Shown here: in pieces, positions 33,653 to 35,728 of the stretch | How positions within the stretch are numbered: position 1 is the stretch's first letter | How the letters are laid out: every line of letters begins with the position of its first letter | From: a virus | Virus record (IMG/VR): IMGVR_UViG_3300009703_000004 | DNA: 35,728 bases | Direction: 5' to 3' (one strand) | Translations under genes and position numbers: made by a program | The notes under the pieces: model-generated | Databases searched by the model: none | What the model was told of the DNA's origin: nothing | The model's input: the letters and a program-made list of their open reading frames with translations, nothing else

Positions 33653-34501
33653 ATGAAATATTTAGATAACAAATTATCTGTTATGGATAAAAGACACTTA
33701 GGTATAGGAGGAAGTGATGCTAATATTTTATGGAGAAATTATGAAGATTCTGTTTATAATTTATATAAAATTAAAACACTACAAGAAACTCCAGAAGATT
33801 TAAGCCATGTCTTTCCAGTACAACTAGGAATATTAAGTGAAGAACTAAACATACAATGGTTTGAGTATTCACATTTAAGAACAGTAGAGAGAGGAGGTTG
33901 CTATGCTAACCTTACTGATTATAAAGATTATCCACACTACACCCATACTGATGGCATTGTTTTAGATGACTATACTAGTAACCAAGAAACATTTATAGAA
34001 TGTAAACACACTAATCCATTTGGTAGTATGAAAGATAAAGTTATATCTTATCTACCACAACTACAATTTTATATGATGCACTTACAAGTAGATTACTGTT
34101 ACCTATCTGTAATAAGAGGTAATACAGAACCAAATGTATTTGAGATACAAGCAGATAAAAAGTTTCAAGAACAGCTACATAAATTGTGTACTAAGTTTTG
34201 GAAATCTATAGAAGAAAAGAAATTTATATTAGAAGCTAATGATAAAAAAGATTTAGAAAACAATCCTATAATAGATGGACTAAAAGATTATAATATGTCT
34301 GATACAGAATGGGATAAAATATCTGATACATTAGATCAAACGTCTGGTGCAGTAGATATATTTGAAAGCAATAAAAAGAAATTAAAATCTTTAATGCCAG
34401 CAGATGCAAAGACTGCTACTACTAATAAATCTAATTGGATAGCTACAAGATCAAAGAACAATAGAGTTTCAATAAAACAAAAAGCAAAGGAAGTTGCATA
34501 A
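33653..34501 (+). CDS. YqaJ/lambda-Exo-like recombination exonuclease
   Basis: HLGIGGSDANIL N-terminal motif. PD-(D/E)XK elements TDGIV...FIECKHT. Located directly upstream of Erf and SSB. Confidence 0.75.
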   Translation: MKYLDNKLSVMDKRHLGIGGSDANILWRNYEDSVYNLYKIKTLQETPEDLSHVFPVQLGILSEELNIQWFEYSHLRTVERGGCYANLTDYKDYPHYTHTDGIVLDDYTSNQETFIECKHTNPFGSMKDKVISYLPQLQFYMMHLQVDYCYLSVIRGNTEPNVFEIQADKKFQEQLHKLCTKFWKSIEEKKFILEANDKKDLENNPIIDGLKDYNMSDTEWDKISDTLDQTSGAVDIFESNKKKLKSLMPADAKTATTNKSNWIATRSKNNRVSIKQKAKEVA

Positions 34502-34704
34502 TGGTAATACCAGAATTAATAGATGACACAATATGTAATCATTTATTGTCAGAAGATAAAATATATCATTTGAGAATATCTGAATTAGATAAAGGTTTAT
34601 GTAAAAAAATATTACATGCCTATAAACAAAAGTCGTATATAGATAGAGATGAAATTAATACTATTCGTAATCTATATGTTACTATTAACAATGCCAAAAC
34701 ATAA
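34501..34704 (+). CDS. Hypothetical protein
   Basis: ORF track; TAATG coupling to the exonuclease gene. Confidence 0.5.
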   Translation: MVIPELIDDTICNHLLSEDKIYHLRISELDKGLCKKILHAYKQKSYIDRDEINTIRNLYVTINNAKT

Positions 34705-34716
34705 AGGAGAAATAAA

Positions 34717-35277
34717 ATGGCAGATGATTTAATATACCCACAGTTAGTTAAAGCTTTAAGTGATATGACTAACCCAAAGAAGAGTGCAACTAATCCATTC
34801 TTTAAAAGTAAATATGCTACACTAGAAGATAGTTTAAACATAGCTACTAAGACATTAGCTAAATATGATTTAGGTGTTATGCAATTAAATGTTACTAGAG
34901 AAGATGGATCTTGTTTAGTTACAAGAATCATTCATAAGTCTGGGCAGTTCATAGAAGATGGAGGAGTACCTTTAAAACTTAAAGATCCGAATGATGCACA
35001 AAAATTAGGTAGTGCTATTACTTATGCTAGACGTTATGGCTTACAAGCTATGCTAGGCATGATAGGAGAAGAAGATGATGATGGTAACACAGCAGTTAAT
35101 TCTACACGCAAAAAAACTTTTGCAGATAGGTTAAAAGAAACTAAAGAACTAGATGAATTACAATTACTTTGGGACAATAATCAACACAAGATAAACAAAT
35201 TAACATCAGCACAACAAAGCATATTAACTGCAACATTTAATCAAAAGAAAGAGGAGTTTGATAATGAGGACATATAA
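34717..35277 (+). CDS. erf: Erf-family single-strand annealing protein
   Basis: NPFFKSKYATLEDSL ... GSAITYARRYGLQAMLG are hallmark Erf-family motifs. SD AAAGGAGA upstream. Confidence 0.75.
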   Translation: MADDLIYPQLVKALSDMTNPKKSATNPFFKSKYATLEDSLNIATKTLAKYDLGVMQLNVTREDGSCLVTRIIHKSGQFIEDGGVPLKLKDPNDAQKLGSAITYARRYGLQAMLGMIGEEDDDGNTAVNSTRKKTFADRLKETKELDELQLLWDNNQHKINKLTSAQQSILTATFNQKKEEFDNEDI

Positions 35278-35647
35278 TAAAATTAATATATTAGGACATG
35301 CAACTAGAGATCCAGAAGAATTTGGAGAAGGTAAAGGTTGGTGCAAGTTAGGAGTAACTACTAACAGTGGTTGGGGAGATAATTCTAAACCACAACATCA
35401 TAACATAACTGTATTTGATGACCATAAGACTAGCTTTATAATGCAATACATAAAGAAAGGAAGTATAGTATTCGTAAGTGGTGAGGTACAATACAATAAA
35501 GGCAAAGACGATAAATGGTATACTGCTATAATTGTAGGTAAGTTTGATAGTGCAGTAGAGTTATGTGAAAGAAAAGGATCTGCACCTGCAATGGCTGATG
35601 ATCCAATACCACAAAACAAAGGAGATGATATTGATATTCCCTTCTAA
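35258..35647 (+). CDS. ssb: Single-stranded DNA-binding protein
   Basis: OB-fold start pattern NKINILGHATRDPE and acidic C-terminal tip DDIDIPF. The likely start is the ATG at 35264. Confidence 0.85.
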   Translation: MIMRTYNKINILGHATRDPEEFGEGKGWCKLGVTTNSGWGDNSKPQHHNITVFDDHKTSFIMQYIKKGSIVFVSGEVQYNKGKDDKWYTAIIVGKFDSAVELCERKGSAPAMADDPIPQNKGDDIDIPF

Positions 35648-35728
35648 GACATGGACTAAAATATTAAAAAAACATAGAGCAAGAACTAATATGTCTTTGG
35701 TTAAGCTTAGTAACTTAACTGGTATAAG
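35606..35728. repeat. Terminal direct repeat, right copy (identical to 1-123)
   Basis: Exact 123-nt identity with the window start, read directly. Confidence 0.9.

Noticed and set aside
695-35619. Other short track ORFs antisense to or embedded in longer genes: 695-913, 1601-1882, 9662-9865, 17420-17653, 17533-17721, 19677-19892, 24727-24921, 27684-27887, 29255-29524, 29583-29768, 31058-31306, 31224-31511, 32240-32437, 32344-32529, 32825-33142, 34620-34931, 35398-35619
   Set aside because: Each runs against the local transcription direction or overlaps a longer motif-bearing ORF. Their products are Leu/Ile/Phe/Ser-rich, as expected from antisense AT-rich coding DNA, and none has a convincing SD.}
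1-35728. Search for tRNA, CRISPR repeats, integrase/att sites, DGR/reverse transcriptase and toxin-antitoxin pairs
   Set aside because: No cloverleaf-compatible sequence was found; GGTTCG at ~27703 has no pairing T-stem, and the 26824-26838 stem has a 5-nt loop. There are no regularly spaced short repeats outside the fibre gene. No ORF has integrase, RT or transposase motifs.}

Overview
This 35,728-nt window is an essentially complete tailed-phage genome. It is AT-rich, about one-third G+C from hand counts of a few 60-nt lines. Bases 1-123 recur exactly at 35606-35728, so the unique length is 35,605 bp and the map closes into a circle; the SSB gene runs into the XRE gene across the junction. 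A ~490-bp ORF-free control region (27268-27755) separates two divergent arms. The leftward arm (minus strand, 27267 -> 473) encodes small terminase, a run of small very basic proteins, large terminase, portal, a Bbp19-like protein, scaffold, a Gp13/DUF2833-like protein, major capsid protein and adaptor/nozzle proteins. It continues with three internal-virion proteins: 172 aa; 1094 aa with a lytic-transglycosylase-like motif; 1431 aa with an HEIMH zincin motif. These are followed by four fibre/receptor-binding-like genes plus a fibre-assembly chaperone, a translationally coupled cassette of small membrane/secreted proteins (lysis-like, no recognisable endolysin), and an HTH-metallophosphoesterase. 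The rightward arm (plus strand, 27756 -> 35647, continuing to 352) starts with one early gene insulated by two strong intrinsic terminators. Two gene blocks follow, each preceded by a near-identical sigma70-like promoter. They encode many small ORFs, an ArdC-like protein, a second Gp13/DUF2833-like paralog, small HTH proteins, a DUF1064 protein, a DnaA-domain-IV-like initiator and a YqaJ exonuclease-Erf-SSB module. I found no tRNA, rRNA, CRISPR array, integrase, transposase, DNA polymerase, primase, helicase or RNA polymerase. The lack of tape-measure, tube or sheath genes, together with portal-scaffold-capsid-nozzle-internal protein-fibre order, indicates a podovirus. The layout resembles small marine podoviruses (HTVC010P-type or BPP-1-like structural modules), but that cannot be verified without a database search. 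The best candidates for something undescribed are: (1) a three-way-junction RNA-like structure with a U-tract in the early leader, upstream of tandem terminators, which may be an attenuation or antitermination device in a phage with no RNAP; (2) a 248-nt out-of-frame overlap, or possible +1 frameshift, in the replication-initiator region; (3) a candidate anti-defence island downstream of ArdC plus a giant HExxH-bearing virion protein; (4) a lysis-like cassette with an overlapping lipoprotein pair but no endolysin.
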